Shown here piece after piece: positions 49,883 through 62,959 of a stretch of DNA of 64,000 nucleotides. The notes beneath the pieces were generated by a model. The model saw nothing but the letters and a program-made list of their open reading frames with translations, was not told the origin of the DNA and did not search any database. The stretch's first letter is position 1, and every line of letters begins with the position of its first letter. The position numbers and the translations under genes are program-made. Origin of the DNA: Torpedo marmorata (Eukaryota); contig OZ360253.1 of the NCBI GenBank assembly GCA_977017645.1, positions 30,318,001 through 30,382,000 of the forward strand. Reading direction: 5' to 3'.

Positions 49883-50609
49883 TGGTCAGCACCATCCCAA
49901 TGGGCCAAAGGGCCGTACGTCTCAGTGATTCCACAAGTCAACTGGAGGTCGCCAGCGGTTAGAGACAATTACGAGTGGACAACGAATGCCAGCGATAACC
50001 ACGTGACCCTTTACCCAGAATTAAGTAAGCAATAAGCAAACAGAACAAGCTTTTATTCGGGAACACAATCAGGACTCGGCAGAAAAAAATCCAGCCCGCA
50101 CATTCAATTATTTTGTAAGTGACTGTCTCAAGGCTCATTGATTACAATTCAGGCAGTAAATTAGCAAGAGCGTTGCTTCAAGGAACATCAAGCACTCTCT
50201 CTCCTCTTTGACAGAGCTTTATCTATTACCACCCTTGCAGTAAAAAAGCATTTCAAGGCCAGTTTCTTAATTGGAAAGAGGACGGCTTTGTCCAAACTGA
50301 CACCATCAAAATGAAAGTCTGCAGATGCTGTGATTGTAGTAAAAACACACCGAAATGTTAGAGGAACTCAGCCGGTCTTTTCAGTGTCCATAAAAGGCAA
50401 AGATATATTGCCGGCTTTTCGGGCCTGAGCCCTTCTTCAAGGAATAAGCAGACAGCCAAACCTGTCATAGCTATTCTTCAATAAATACAAATCCCCTTTT
50501 TATTTTAGACAAGGTTGTCAGTTCCTCTCTCTGATCCACTTTCTTTTCCTCCAAGGATTTCTTTACTGTTCATTCGTGGGGGTTTGACTAAGCCCAACAT
50601 TTATTGAAG

Positions 50610-51362
50610 TGCCACGCTTGCGCCCACACCTCCTCCCTCGCCACCATTCGGGGCCACAAACAGTCCTCCCAAGTGAAGCAGCACTTGTGAATCTGCAGGG
50701 GTCATCTACTGCATCCGGTGCTCCCTTTGTGGCCTTCTCTACTTCGGAGAGACTGGGCACAGACTGGGAGATCGCTTTGCTTAGCACCTTCGCTCTGTCC
50801 GCATCAGTGACAGGGATCTCCCAGTGGCCGACCACTTCAATTCTGCGCCCCACTCCCATGCTGACATGTCTGTCTATGACCTCATGTACTATCCCACCAA
50901 GACCACCCGTTAATTGGAGGAACAACACTTGATTTTCCATCTGGGCACTCTCCAACCGGATGGCATTAACATTGACTTCTCCAGTTTCCACCTGCCTACT
51001 CTCCATTCTTCCTCTCTTCCCCCTCCCCTCTGTCTTCTTTCCTCCAGCTCTCCACCCCCATCCCTTTCCATTGACAGAGCCAACCCCCCTCCCCCTGTTT
51101 GCTGCTGTGCCCTCCCTCCCTTATCCCCTATTACCTCCTGTCTGTGGGACTGTACTCCTCCCCCTGCCCTTCCTTCACCCCCCACACCATTTTGTTCGGG
51201 CCCCTGCCCACATTTTGCTCATACCTTGATGAAGGGCTGAAGCCCGAAACATTGGTTATGTATCTTTATCTTTGCTACATAAAGTACATTGTTTGACCTG
51301 CTGAGTTTCTCCAGCATTGTGTTTTTACTTCAACCATTGTGTCTGCAGGCTTTTGTGTTTTA
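50610..51362 (+). mobile_element. Penelope-like 3' fragment
   Basis: GIY-YIG region, EEQHLIFHLGTLQPDGINIDFS and pLTR with hammerhead-like motif at 51221-51260. Confidence 0.9.
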
Positions 51363-51433
51363 CTTTTGTCAAGTCACTTGTTAGATCACTTCCGAAGCAG
51401 TTAAGGATCAAGTTCATTGTTGTGGGTCTCGAT

Positions 51434-51962
51434 CAGTGGTTTTCAAACTGCCCCCCTAAATTCACATTCCACCTTAAGCAAATCGTATGCCACAAGTGCT
51501 CTGTGATTAGTAAGGGATTGCTTAAGGTGCTATGTGAGTGGGAAGGGAAGGTTGAGAACCACTGCTCTAGACCCAATTGTTACTGAAATATTTTGCTTGA
51601 GAAAAATTGTCATAGGCCCATTTCCTTTGGAGTTATGAAACCGTGCACATAACGAGTCAATTAGGTGCGATAAAAACAGTGGTTTTCAAACCTCTTTCTT
51701 TCCACTCACATACCACCTTAAGCAATCCCTTACTAATCACAGAGCACTTATGGCATAGGGATTACTTAAGGTGGAATGTGAGTTTAGGGGGGCAGTTTTA
51801 AACCACTGTCAAAAAACATGAACATTTAGATCAGTGGTTCTCAACCTTTTTTTTCCACTCACATACCACCTTAAGCAATCCCTTACTAATCACAGAGCAC
51901 TTATGGCATAGGGATTGCTTAAGGTGGTATGTGAGTTTAGGGGGGCAGTTTGAAAGCCACTG
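51434..51962. mobile_element. Cluster of three ~130-bp hAT(Charlie)-like MITE units
   Basis: Units 51434-51564, 51678-51808 and 51832-51962, each bounded by CAGTGGTT(T/C)TCAA...CCACTG; unit 1 is inverted relative to units 2 and 3. Confidence 0.85.
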
Positions 51963-52114
51963 GCTCTGGAATCACGAACAGGACATGCTGGTGATGGCAG
52001 TTCTCCTCCCTCCAAGACACCGGTGAACCAGATGGGCGTTTAAAGCGATCCACAGTTTCTTGTCCAAATAACTGTCACAAAGTTTTTAAACAGAAATTAT
52101 TTTTTAACAATTTT

Positions 52115-52350
52115 TAAAAATACAGCACGGTAGAAGCTAATTCCTGCCTTTGAAACCCGTGCCGCCCAATTAAACCCAATTAGCCTACCAACCCCGTACG
52201 TTTTTAGAGGGTGGGAGGAAACCGGAGCACCCAGAGAAAATCCACGCAGGTCACACGGAGAACGTACAAACTCCTTACAGACCCAGGATTCAAACCTGGG
52301 TCACTGGAGCTGTAATAATGTTGCGATAACTACGACACTTAGCACGCCAT
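52115..52350 (-). mobile_element. V-SINE (diverged)
   Basis: V-domain and B box on the minus strand. Confidence 0.8.
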
Positions 52351-52639
52351 TTTGAGTTGACCTAGAACCTTACTGAGGACGGAACTGGGACTGGAGATCT
52401 TGAGTTATAAGGAGAGACTGGATAGGCCGGAGCTTTTTTTCTGTAGCATCAGAGGCTGAGGAGAGACCATATAGGGGCATATAAAATCATGAGGGGTAGG
52501 GATAAGCTGAATAATCAGTCTTTCTTCCCCGGGGTAGGGGAATCTAAAATTGGAGACCTTAGAGAGCAGGAAGGGTCAAAAGGAACCCAAGGAGCAACCT
52601 TTTCTACCAGAGGGTAGCGGGTCCATGGAACGAGCTATA

Positions 52640-53206
52640 AAAACACACAGAAATGCTGGAGGAACTCAGCCGGTCTCGCAGCGTCCGTAGGAGGTAAAGA
52701 TATATTACCAATGCTCTGAGCCCTTCTTCAAGGTATAAGCAAAAAGCAGGCAGGCATCTTCATTTAAGACTAGAGAAAAAGAGGGAATAATGGGAGGGGG
52801 AGCAACAGCCAAAAGGTGTTAATTGGATATGATAAGAGGATAGGTGAGAATTGATTTTTGGTCTGTGAAAGGAGACAGAGGGAAGAGAGAGAGAGATTGG
52901 GAAAGGCTACGGGGAAGAAGAGGGGGAGGTGGTTTAACGGAAACCAGAGAAGTCAATGTTAATGCCATCCGGGTGGAGGGTGCCCTGACGGAAGATGAGG
53001 TGTTGTTCCTCCAATTTGCGGGTGGTCTCAGTCTGGCAGTGCATGAGACCATGGACAGACGTGTCAGCAAGGGAATGGGACGGGGAATTAAAATGGGTGG
53101 CCACTGGGAGATCCACGCTATTGCGGCGGACAGAGCCGAGGCGCTCAACAAAGCGATCTCCCAGTCTGCGTCCAGTCTCTCCGACGTAGAGGAGACCACA
53201 AGGGGA
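52640..53206 (-). mobile_element. Penelope-like 3' fragment
   Basis: CGLLYVGETGRRLGDRFVERL...RKLEEQHLIFRQGTLHPDGINIDFS. Confidence 0.92.
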
Positions 53207-53649
53207 GTCAATTATTTTCTGGCAACTCAGCCCACATCCCATCACTCTCCAATCAAAATAAACGTGCAACCAACAACAAATTGGTCAATGAACAAAATCA
53301 GTGAATTCAACAGCAGCTTGCATTTCTATAGCATCCATAATTCCACAGACTTATTTTGGAGGGATGTGGATTGGAGAAGATTAGAGAAAGGAGGGTTAGA
53401 AGAGGTGTGAAAGAAAAAATGAGAATTTTAAAATCGTCTCGTGCCTAAAGTAAGAGGTGTGCTCGGTAAAGAGACCTTGTTACTAGTTAGCACCAGGAGG
53501 GCCTGGAGAGATTTTATTTTTGTTTTGAGTAAGTCCAACATTTATTGTTCATCCCCAATTACCCTTGAGAACCAAGGTGAAAGGCAAAAAGTGTTTGGAG
53601 AGGGATTTCCAGAGCTGAAGGCACAGTAACCAATGGCTCAATGGTGGGA

Positions 53650-54960
53650 GTAAAACACGAAAGTCTGCAGACACCGTGAATGAAGAAGAGCGCCAGCAAT
53701 TGGGACTGGTGTTCGAATCCCGCGTTGTCTGTAATGAGTTTGTACGTTCTCCCTGTGTCTGCGGGGGCTCCAGTTTCCTCCCACCGCTCAAAAGCATCCC
53801 AGGGGTTGTAGATCAATTGGGTGTAATTGGGCAGCACAGGCTCGTGGGCCGAAAGGGCCTGTTACCGTGCGGTATGTCTAAATTAAATTAAAAACGCACA
53901 ATGCTGGAGAAACTCAGCAGGTCAAACAGTGTACTTTATGTAGCAAAGATAAAGATACATAATCAACGTTTCGGGCTTGAGACCTTCATCAAGGTATGAG
54001 CAAAATGTAAGCAGGCGCCCGAACAAAATGGTGGGGGGGAGGGGCAGGGGGAGAAGCACAGTCCCACAGGCAGGAGGTAATAGGTGGATAAGGGAGGGAG
54101 GGCACACCAGCAAACAGGGGGAGGGGGATGGCTCTGTGAATGGAAAGGGAAGGGGGTGGAGAGCTGGAGGAAAGAAGACAGAGGGACAGGGGGAAGAGAG
54201 GGAGAACGGGGAGTGGGCAAGCAGAAACCGGAGAAGTCGATGTTAATGCCATCCAGTTGGAGAGTGCCCAGATGGAATATTAGATGTTGGTCCTCTAATT
54301 TACAGGTGGCCTTGGTTTGACAATACATGAGACTATGGACAGACATGTCAGCGTGGGAGTGGGACGCAGAATTGAACTGGTTGGCCACTGGGAGATCCCT
54401 GTCTTTGATGTGGACAGAGCGAAGGTACTGAACGAAGCGATCTCCCAGTCTGCATCCAGTCTCTCCGACGTGAAGGCGGCCACAACGGGAGCACCAGATG
54501 CAGTAGACGACTCCGGCAGATTCACAAGTGAAGTGCTGCTTCACTTGGAAGGACGGTTTGGGGGCCACGAATGGTGGCGAGGGAGGAGGTGCGGGCGCAA
54601 GCATGGCACTTCCTGCGGCCGCAGGGGAAGGTGCCAAGGGGGCGAGTAATGGGAAGGGATGAGTGGACAAGGGAGTCACAACGGAGGGAGCGGTCCCTAC
54701 GGAAGGCGGAGAGGGAAGGAGTGGGGAAAATGTATCTGGTGGTGGGATCAGGTTGTAGGTGACGGAAATTACGGAGGATAATGAGTTGGATGCGGAGGCT
54801 GGTGGGGTGGTAGGTGAAGACAAGGGGAATCCTGTGTGTGTTGCGTCTGGGGGCAGAGGGGGCCAAGGCAGATGAGTGGGAAATGGAGGATATGTGGGTA
54901 AGGGCTGAGTTGACGGTGGTGGAGGGGAAGCCACGTTTTTGGAAGAAAGAGGACATTTGC
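53650..54960 (-). mobile_element. Penelope-like element, longest copy (RT end, linker, GIY-YIG, pLTR), with a V-SINE inserted at 53690-53890
   Basis: FFQKRGFP, PLVFTYHP, FRRDRSLR, CGRRKCHAC, FTCESAGVVYCIWCSRC..VGET; frameshifted. Confidence 0.93.
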
Positions 54961-55645
54961 TCAATGATGGGAATGAGGATTGTGGAAAAGGCCAAACTCA
55001 AAGGAACGTAGAGATTGGAATTTTGTGGGAATAGGGAACAATGCAGCAAAAGGGAGGGTTTATAGAAACAAGGATGAGAATTTTGAATTCAAATCATTAC
55101 TAGAACAGACACTGACACAGACAAACAGGCCTCAGAACTGCAAGAGACTCCTCAGTGTTATGTCCATACTCTTTAAACAAGCAACGATGAAAGTTTCAAA
55201 GTCTCTCGGCAGTAAGGTGATATGTTGATCAATGCCCTGGAGGCACGCGTCATCAAATAGAACAACTTCAGCTGGTTTTTTAAGCAGGTTTTTCTTGAGA
55301 TAATATACTTGTCAGTGTTACAATTACTGTCCTGTCAGCGAGCTTCAAAAACCTTCCATTGTTTCCAGCCGCCTTGATCAGGTTTCTCAGGAATTCCTTG
55401 TTTTCTCGAGATGGTTCTGAGCCAGAATTGTTCAGCCTATTGTAATTTCGGTTTTGCAATTATTTTATCTTGCTTCCTTGCAAATGTCCAGCCGTTTCCA
55501 ATTATTCTCTCTGTATCTACATCGCTGGCTTTCTCTCTCTGTCTTCTGTGCTACTTCCCTGCCTCACGGTCCTGCATTCCCACCCACCCTGTCCCTCACC
55601 ACTCCACCAGCTGAGCACACACATCAGGGTCCTTTCCCCCTCCAC

Positions 55646-56858
55646 AAGTCAAAAGTCACCTTTATTTGTCGTTCATTACCACATACACAGTAAGACGAGA
55701 TAGCGTTTCTCCAGGACCATGGGCAGATGTACATAAATATCATAATACAATAGAAAAACTATGACATGCTAATACACATATATATCTAGGAATTGAGGAG
55801 CCTGATGGCTTGGGGGAAAAAACTGTTGCACAGTCTGGACGTACGAGCCCGAGTGCTTCGGTACCTCCTTCCAGATGGCAAAGGGGAAAACAGTTTACCA
55901 AAGGGGTGTGAGAAGTCCTTCACAATGTTTTTAGCCTTCCTCATGCATCGTGTGTTGTAAATGTCTGTCATGGTGGGGAGAGAGACTCCAATAATTTTCT
56001 CCGCTGCCCTCACTATCCTCTGCAGGGTCTTTCGGTCCGAGGTGGTACAGTTACCAAACCAAGCGGTGATGCAATTGCTCAGAATACTCTCAATACATCC
56101 CCTGTAGAATGTAGTAAGGATAGGGGGTGGGAGACGAACTTTCCTCAGTCTTCACAGGAAGTAAAGACGCTGTTGGGCTTTCTTGACTATGGAACTGGTG
56201 TTTAGGGACCAGCTGAGACTCTCCGCCAAGTGCACTCCAAGAAACTTGGTACTCTTTACGACCTCATCGGTAGAGCCATCCATGGTCAAAGGAGAATGAT
56301 CCCCCCGGGCCCTTCTGAAGTCGACAACCAACTCTTTTGTTTTGTTCACGTTCAGCTGCAGGTTGTTGTTTCCGCACCATTCTGTATGCTGACTCATCGT
56401 TCTTACTGATAAGGCCCACCACGGTTGTATCATCAGCGAACTTTATGATGTGATTCGAGCTGTGTTTTGCTGCACAGTCATGAGTCAGCAGGGTGAACAG
56501 CAATGGACTAAGCACACAGCTCTGGGGAGCCCCCGTGCTCAATGTAATGACCTTAGAAGTGCTGTTTCCAACCCGGACTGCCTAAGGTCTTCCCGTCAGG
56601 AAGTCTAGGATCCAATTACAGAGGGTGTAGTTTAGGCCCAACCCCCTCAACTTCCCTATCAGGTACTGAGGTATGATCGTGTTGAATGCCGAGCTGAAGT
56701 AAATAAACAGCATTCGAACATACGCGTCCTTATTTTCCAGGTGGGTGAGGGCTAGGTGGAGGGTGGTAATGATGGCATCATCTGTGGAGCGATTTGATCT
56801 ATATGCGAACTGCAGGGGGTCCAGTGAGGGGGCAGCAGAAGCTTGATGTGCCTCATGA
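55646..56858 (-). mobile_element. Rex1/Babar subfamily B, frameshifted
   Basis: Near-identical reverse complement of about 18415-19650. Confidence 0.94.
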
Positions 56859-56994
56859 CCCACACCAGGGAAAGGGCCCATATCCCTGAATACAATACCC
56901 CTGTCCAGCAGCACATCTGGACTTGACATGATTGACCAGATGTTTCTCAGAACCCTGCATTTTGCACAGGTCCTCTTGTATTCATTCTCATGTC

Positions 56995-57938
56995 AGAATC
57001 AGAATCAGAATTTATTGTCATGAACAAGTCACGAAATTCGGTGTTTTGCAGCAGCATCACAGAGCAAACATTCATATAAACCACCTTACAACAATAAATA
57101 AATAAAAATAGTGCACGAAAAGTAGGGCAGTGTCTTTGGTTCATTGATTATTCAGGAATCTGATGGCAGCCGGGAAGAAGCTGTCCTTGTGCCGCTGAGT
57201 GCTCGTCTTTAGGCTCCTGTATCTTTTTCCCGATGGTAGCAGAGTGAAGAGGGCATGGCCTGGGTGGTGGGGGTCTTTGAGGATAGAGGCTGCTTTTTTA
57301 AGACACCGCCTCATGTAGATGTCCTCGATGCAGTGAAGTCTGGTGCCTGTGATGTCACAGGCCGAGTTAACAACCTTCTGGAGTTTTTTCTTGTCCTGAG
57401 AGTTGGCGCCTCCATACCAGGCAGTGATGCAACCAGCCAGAATGTTCTCCACGGTACACCTGTAGAAGTTTTCGAGAGTCTTCGGTAACATACAGAATCT
57501 CCTCAAACACCTCACAAAGTATAGCCGCTGGTGAGTTTCCTTCGTGATTGCATCGACATGGAGGCTCCAGGACAGATCCTCGGAGATGTTGACACCCAGG
57601 AATTTGAAGTTCTTGACCCTCTCCACGACTGAGCCCTCGATGAGGACTGGGTCGTGTTTCCCTGCCTTCCTCCTGAAGTCCACAGTCATCTCCTTGGTTT
57701 TGCCAACATTAAGCGCAAGGTTGTTGGTGTGACACCACTCAAAGAGCCCATCAATCACCCTCCTGTACGCTTCCTCATTGCCGTTTGTGATTCTGCCGAC
57801 AACTGTGGTGTCATCAGCCAATTTGTAGATAGCATTGGAATTGTGCCTGGCCACACAGTCATGGGTGTATAATGAGTAGAGCAGTGGGCTAAGCACGTAT
57901 CCTTGAGGTGCGCCTGTGTTGATAATTAGTGAGGAGAC
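56995..57938 (-). mobile_element. Rex1/Babar subfamily A 3' fragment
   Basis: PQGYVLSPLLY, KLADD, ...RFLNNQ*; (TTCTGA)n tail. Confidence 0.94.
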
Positions 57939-57939
57939 A

Positions 57940-58065
57940 TATGTGTGAGTGTTAGTGTGTGCACACGAGTGTGCGCGCGCATAAGTGTGAGTTTGCGTGT
58001 GCGCCTTTGGGTGTGCGCACACGTTTGCATGTATGTGCATCCAGATGCATGTACTGTATGTATAC
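57940..58065. repeat. Degenerate (GT/GC)n microsatellite
   Basis: GTGTGAGTGT..GTGCGCGCGC..GTATGT runs. Confidence 0.75.
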
Positions 58066-58134
58066 AGTAGGTTGGATGTGAAGAAAGAACAAGATGAGGA
58101 ATTTTATTGAAGAGGAAAAACAAACACCTTACAC

Positions 58135-59293
58135 ATGGACCCACTGCAATTCGCTGACCTCCACAATCGCTCCACAGCAGATGCAATCTCACTGGCTCTC
58201 CACTCAGCCCTGGATCACCTGGACAATAGCAATAACCACATCAGGCTGCTTTTCATCGATTACAGCTCAAGCTTTCAACACCATCATACCCTCAGTACTG
58301 GTCAACAAGCTCCAAAACCTGGGCCTCTGCACCCCCCTCTCCATTGGATCCTTGACTTCCTCATTGGAAGACCACAGTCAGTGCAGATCTCTAACAACAT
58401 CTCCTCCTCACTGATAATCAACGCAGACGCACCTCAAGGATGCGTGCTTAGCTCACTGCTCTACTCTATTCCCATGACTATGCGGCCAGGGACAATTCAA
58501 ATGCCATCTACAAATTTGCCAATGACACCACGGTTGTCGGCAGAAACACAGACGCCAATGGGGAAGCGTACAGGAGGGAGATAGATCAGATAGTTGAGTG
58601 GTGTCACAACAACAACCTTGTACTCAACGTTAGCAAAACTAAGGAATTGATTGGACTTCAGGAAGGGGAAATCAGGAGAACACAAACCAGTCCTCATCGA
58701 CGGGGTCAGCAGTGGAGAGGGTAAGGAACTTCAAATTCCTGGGTGTCAACATTTCTGAAGATCTCTTCTGGGGCTATTTATTTTGTTAGGAGTTTGAGGA
58801 GATTTGGTATGTCACGAAAGACTTGCAAATTACTACAGGTGTACCGTGGATAGCATTCTGACTGGTTGCATCACTGTCTGGTATGAAGGTGTCAATGCAC
58901 AGGACAGGAAAAGGCTACAGAGGGTTTAAACTCGGCCAGCACCATCACGGGCATTAGTCTTCACTCCATTAAGGACAGCTTTAAGAGGCAGTGCCTCAAG
59001 AAAGCAGCTTCTATCATCAAGGACCCTCACCACCCAGGCCATCAGGAAGGAGGTTCAGGAGCCTGAAGACGAACACCCAACGGTACAAAAACAGCATCTT
59101 CTCCTCCGCCATCAGATTTCTAAATGGACAATGAACCTCACTTTTTTCTCTTTTTTTGCACTAATTATTTATTTTTAAATATTGCATTTACGAAACTGTA
59201 ATTTATAGCAATTTTGCGCCTGTAATGCACAACACCGCTGCCGCAAAACAACCAACATGTTCATGACAACAAACCTGATTCAGATTCTGATTC
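58135..59293 (+). mobile_element. Rex1/Babar subfamily E, degraded RT fragment
   Basis: MDPLQFA..RSTADAISLALH..LFIDYSS, PQGCVLS; multiple frameshifts; (GATTCT)n tail. Confidence 0.9.
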
Positions 59294-60021
59294 TGGGGCA
59301 CTCAGTGTGAGTATCAGGCACCTTATTGATTCTGGTGACGTTATCTCACTGTGTAGACATGTTTACTGATAAGGATAGATTTGGGCCTCCTGAAATTAGC
59401 AACTGAACTTCTGCACGTTGCAGCAGTGGGAAATGTAAAGGTTTTGTTATCAGACCAGAGGGTGTTGCTCAGGACTGTGAGGTCAGATCTCCCAACTGAC
59501 TTGCATCTGCCAGTGCAGACAGAGAAGCAATTCTCTGGAAATCTGTTTTCCTTTCCTTCTCTCTGAAGGAAGCACGTAAACTTGAGGCATGGAGTGAAAC
59601 ACGAAAGTCTGCTGTGATAGTAGTAAAAACACACAGAAATGCTGGAGGAACTCAGCCGGTCTCGCTTGGGGCACTTGAGGCATGGTTAGCAGAAAGGGTC
59701 CACGGATGCTGTTATGGCTCACAGCTCCAGCGATTTGGCTTGGATCCCGAGTCTGCAATGCTGTTGGCATTATATTTGCATATTTCGTCCCTCCTCTCCT
59801 CGATTGGGTAGGTTTTCTCCTGCTGCTCCAGTTTCCTCCCACATCCCAAAGACATTTCAGTCGGTTGGCTGGTGAAGGTGGGTGGCAGGAGAATCTCAGG
59901 GGGTTGAGAATTCGTCACTGAGAAAGAAGTGGTGAATGGTACCAATGGATTGCTTTGAGATCCAGCACCAATTCCATGGGACAAATGATTGCCTTCTACA
60001 TTGCAAGAGGATTTCTGAAAA

Positions 60022-60908
60022 AGGTTCAAATTCAAGGTTCCTTTATTGTCACGTAATACATTAAAAAGTAACATACAGTAAAAAACCCCAGTATCTGGCA
60101 CCTATGGGGATTGATAGATGGCGGATAAGTGAATTTGCCGGTTGCTTGAGATTGCCTGTTGCGTGCTTGGTGAACTAACCGCTAGGGGGGTGCCAATTTA
60201 AAACTTTTGTATTTTTACCTACGTGTAATCGTCAAATTTTTTGGACCACTTTTTCGGGTCAAAAAAGGGAAGGGGGTGGGGGTCAAATTTGACACGGGTC
60301 AAACCTTTGACCGCGGTAAGTACCTGCCTCGTTCAAGGCTTCGGGAGCTCGGACGGCCGGGACCAGGTGGTAAGTCCGTGGTCGGGGCGTCGGGAGTTCG
60401 GATGGGTGAGCGGCCAGGGCGAGGATCCGTGATAGGGAGCTGGGATGGGCGGGCAGCCGGGGCGAGGATCCACGGTCGTGAGCTCAGATAGGGGGGCGGC
60501 CGGGGCGTCGGGAGCTCCAGTGGGCAGGGGGTCTGCTGTCGGGGCGTCGGGAGCTTGGATAGGCAGGCAGTCGGGGCTAAAAATCGGGGGGTCAACTTTT
60601 ACACAGGTCATACAAAAAAAACAGTGTGGGGGTCGACTATTACACAGTATAGACGATTACACAAGTATATATGGTATTTATTTTCTGCAAATTTTTTTTT
60701 GCCGGTTGCTTGAGGTCCGGATAACGTGGATTTTACTGTACACGATAAACTTCAACTTTTGTCTGCCGTAAGGCAAACAGAATCGCCATTCACATTGCCC
60801 GGCGCCCCTCACGACAAGAGAAAGAGAAGCAAAAGAGAGTCCCTTCAGAGTCACTGAGTGTCCATGGACTCACCTCCAGCGCTGCCGCAGCCGCACAGAC
60901 TCCTGTTC
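60022..60908 (-). mobile_element. GC-rich non-autonomous retroelement 3' part, interrupted by a MITE
   Basis: Tail TTTATTGTCACGTAATAC at 60042; hairpin at 60760-60780; body homologous to 33735-33900. Confidence 0.82.
60076..60738. mobile_element. Tigger-like MITE (TA TSD) containing a Tc2-like MITE at 60218-60674
   Basis: TA-CAGTAAAAAACCCCAGTATCTGG ... CCGGATAACGTGGATTTTACTG-TA; inner TA-CC..TACGTGTAATCGTC ... GACGATTACACAAGTATATATGG-TA. Confidence 0.8.
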
Positions 60909-61321
60909 AAAAAAGCGGGGGAAGGTGTGGGCTGCTTGTTAAACACAGCTGTTGGATCTGTACCAATGAAGCTTTAAGCAACAGATACGGGAGTGAAAGA
61001 CTTTTCAAGGACATCCAGTGGGATTCCATGCTCTATTTCTCGCTTGTATCCAAATGGCACTGAAATCTAATCGCTTAACCGAGTACAAGCATTCATCAAG
61101 CAAAATATCCACCGAAGCTACATTCCAGACGAAACAATAGGAAGGTCATGGAATCACGGAGAATGGAAGCGTGCCCTTCACCCCACCGAGTCCACGTGAC
61201 CCGATTTTACACTAATCCCATTTTTATTCTTCTCATAACCCAATCAACTCTTCCCAAATTTTACCACTCCATACAGGATGGGCAATTAACTGACCAACCT
61301 CTGCATCCTTGGTTTTTTTTT

Positions 61322-61507
61322 TAAATTTAGACACCCAATTGACCTACAACCCCGGTACGTTTTGAAGGGTGGGAGGAAACCGGAGCACCCGGAGGAAACC
61401 AACGCAGACACGAGGAGAACGAACAAACCCCTTACAGACAGCGCCGGATTCTAAACCCAGTCGCTGGCGCAGTAACAGCGTTGCGCTATCCGCTACACTA
61501 ACCGTGC
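61322..61507 (-). mobile_element. V-SINE
   Basis: Head, V-domain and tail with an internal deletion. Confidence 0.85.
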
Positions 61508-61509
61508 TG

Positions 61510-61615
61510 CTCTTTCTCCTACTGTTAGGGGTGCCGGGCAACACTCATGCCGACTTTCTGTATGCCTTACGGCAGACAGAATTTGAAGTATATCACGTAT
61601 ATCACTTTCCGCACG
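61510..61615 (+). mobile_element. 3' module fragment of the non-autonomous element
   Basis: CTGTTAGGGGTGCCGGGCAAC...CTGTATGCCTTACGGCAGACAG. Confidence 0.75.
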
Positions 61616-61881
61616 ACAGTGACATATAATCGAACGCCAGATGGGACACTGGGATGTGGCTGGAGCCAAACGTTGGGGGGGGGGAGGTGGAAGAAAACAC
61701 ACGGAAAACCGTCAATATCATTCGGATGCCCATAAACAGGGGAATTGATTCCTGTACCAGCTCCAATAGGAGAGCCCCGTGATGACAACACAGGATGGAT
61801 GAGTCTCAAAGGAAGTTTAAACTATCGTGTCTTCGTTCAAACCAAAGCCACTTCATGAGGATTATCCATATGAGTGCATTT

Positions 61882-62122
61882 TAAATTTAGACATACGGCA
61901 CGGTAACTGGCCCTTTCGGCCCACGAGCCCGTGCCGCCCAATTACACCCAATTGATCTACAACCATGGTATGTTTGAAGGGTGGGAGGAAACTGGAGCAC
62001 CCAGAGGAAAACCCACACAGACACAAGGAGAACGTACAAACTCCTTACAGACAGCGCCAGATTCGAACCCCGGGTCGCTGGTACTGTAACAGCATTGCGC
62101 TAACCGCTACGCTAACCGTGCC
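61882..62122 (-). mobile_element. V-SINE
   Basis: Full-length match to the other copies. Confidence 0.88.
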
Positions 62123-62138
62123 TCCCGACCCGGGAGGT

Positions 62139-62713
62139 TGGAGCCTCCATCTTGATGCAAACACAAAGAAGGCTCGCCAGCGGCTATACTTTGTGAGGTG
62201 TCTGAGGAGATTCGGTATGTCACCGAAGACTCTCGTAAACTTCTACAGGTGTACCGTGGAGAGCATTCTGGCTGGTTGCATCACTGCCTGGTATGGAGGC
62301 GCCAACTCCCAGGACAAGAGTAAACTCCAGAGGGTTGTTAACTCGGCCTGTGACATCACAGGCACCAGACTTCACTCCATCAAGGACATCTACATGAGGT
62401 GGTGTCTTAAAAAAGCAGCCTCTATCCTCAAAGACCCCCACCACCCAGGCCATGTCCTCTTCACTCTGCTACCATCGGGAAAAAGGTACAGGAGCCTAAA
62501 GACGAGCACTCAACGGCACAAGGACAGCTTCTTCCCCGCTGCCATCAGATTCCTGAATAATCAATGAACCAAAGACACTGCCTTACTTTTCGGGCACTAT
62601 TATTTATATTTTTTACAGTAATGTCGTAAGATAGTTATAATATGAATGCACTATGATGCTGCCGCAAAACACCGAATTTCATGACTTGTTCATGACAAAA
62701 AATTCTGATTCTG
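62139..62713 (+). mobile_element. Rex1/Babar subfamily A 3' fragment
   Basis: [18 protein letters not shown]...RFLNNQ*; tail. Confidence 0.93.
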
Positions 62714-62959
62714 AAAGAAACTGGGCGAACTCCACACTGGAAATCAGGACTGAAGCCCAGGTCGCGGCAGAGATGAGGCTCCCGCTCTACACTTTGCACG
62801 ACCAATGGCAGTTTAAGCAATGCTGATACTAAACCATGAACACTGGTGGCAAAGAAGAGTGGCTTTCGGCCCATTTTCTCACCCTCTCCACCTCTGATTC
62901 TCCCAATGATCGATGGATCATACACCTCTGGTTTAAACTCAGGAAGAGTGCCAAAGGTT

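Noticed and set aside
53963-54964. 333-aa proline-rich ORF as a host gene
   Set aside because: It is a frameshifted Penelope: an off-frame N-terminus joined to the in-frame GIY-YIG region and pLTR read-through.
57141-58040. His/Thr-rich N-terminal extension on an RT ORF
   Set aside because: It is translation of the adjacent (CA)n-like microsatellite.
59381-59566. 61-aa ORF in unique sequence
   Set aside because: Non-ATG start, no recognised homology and no clear splice signals.
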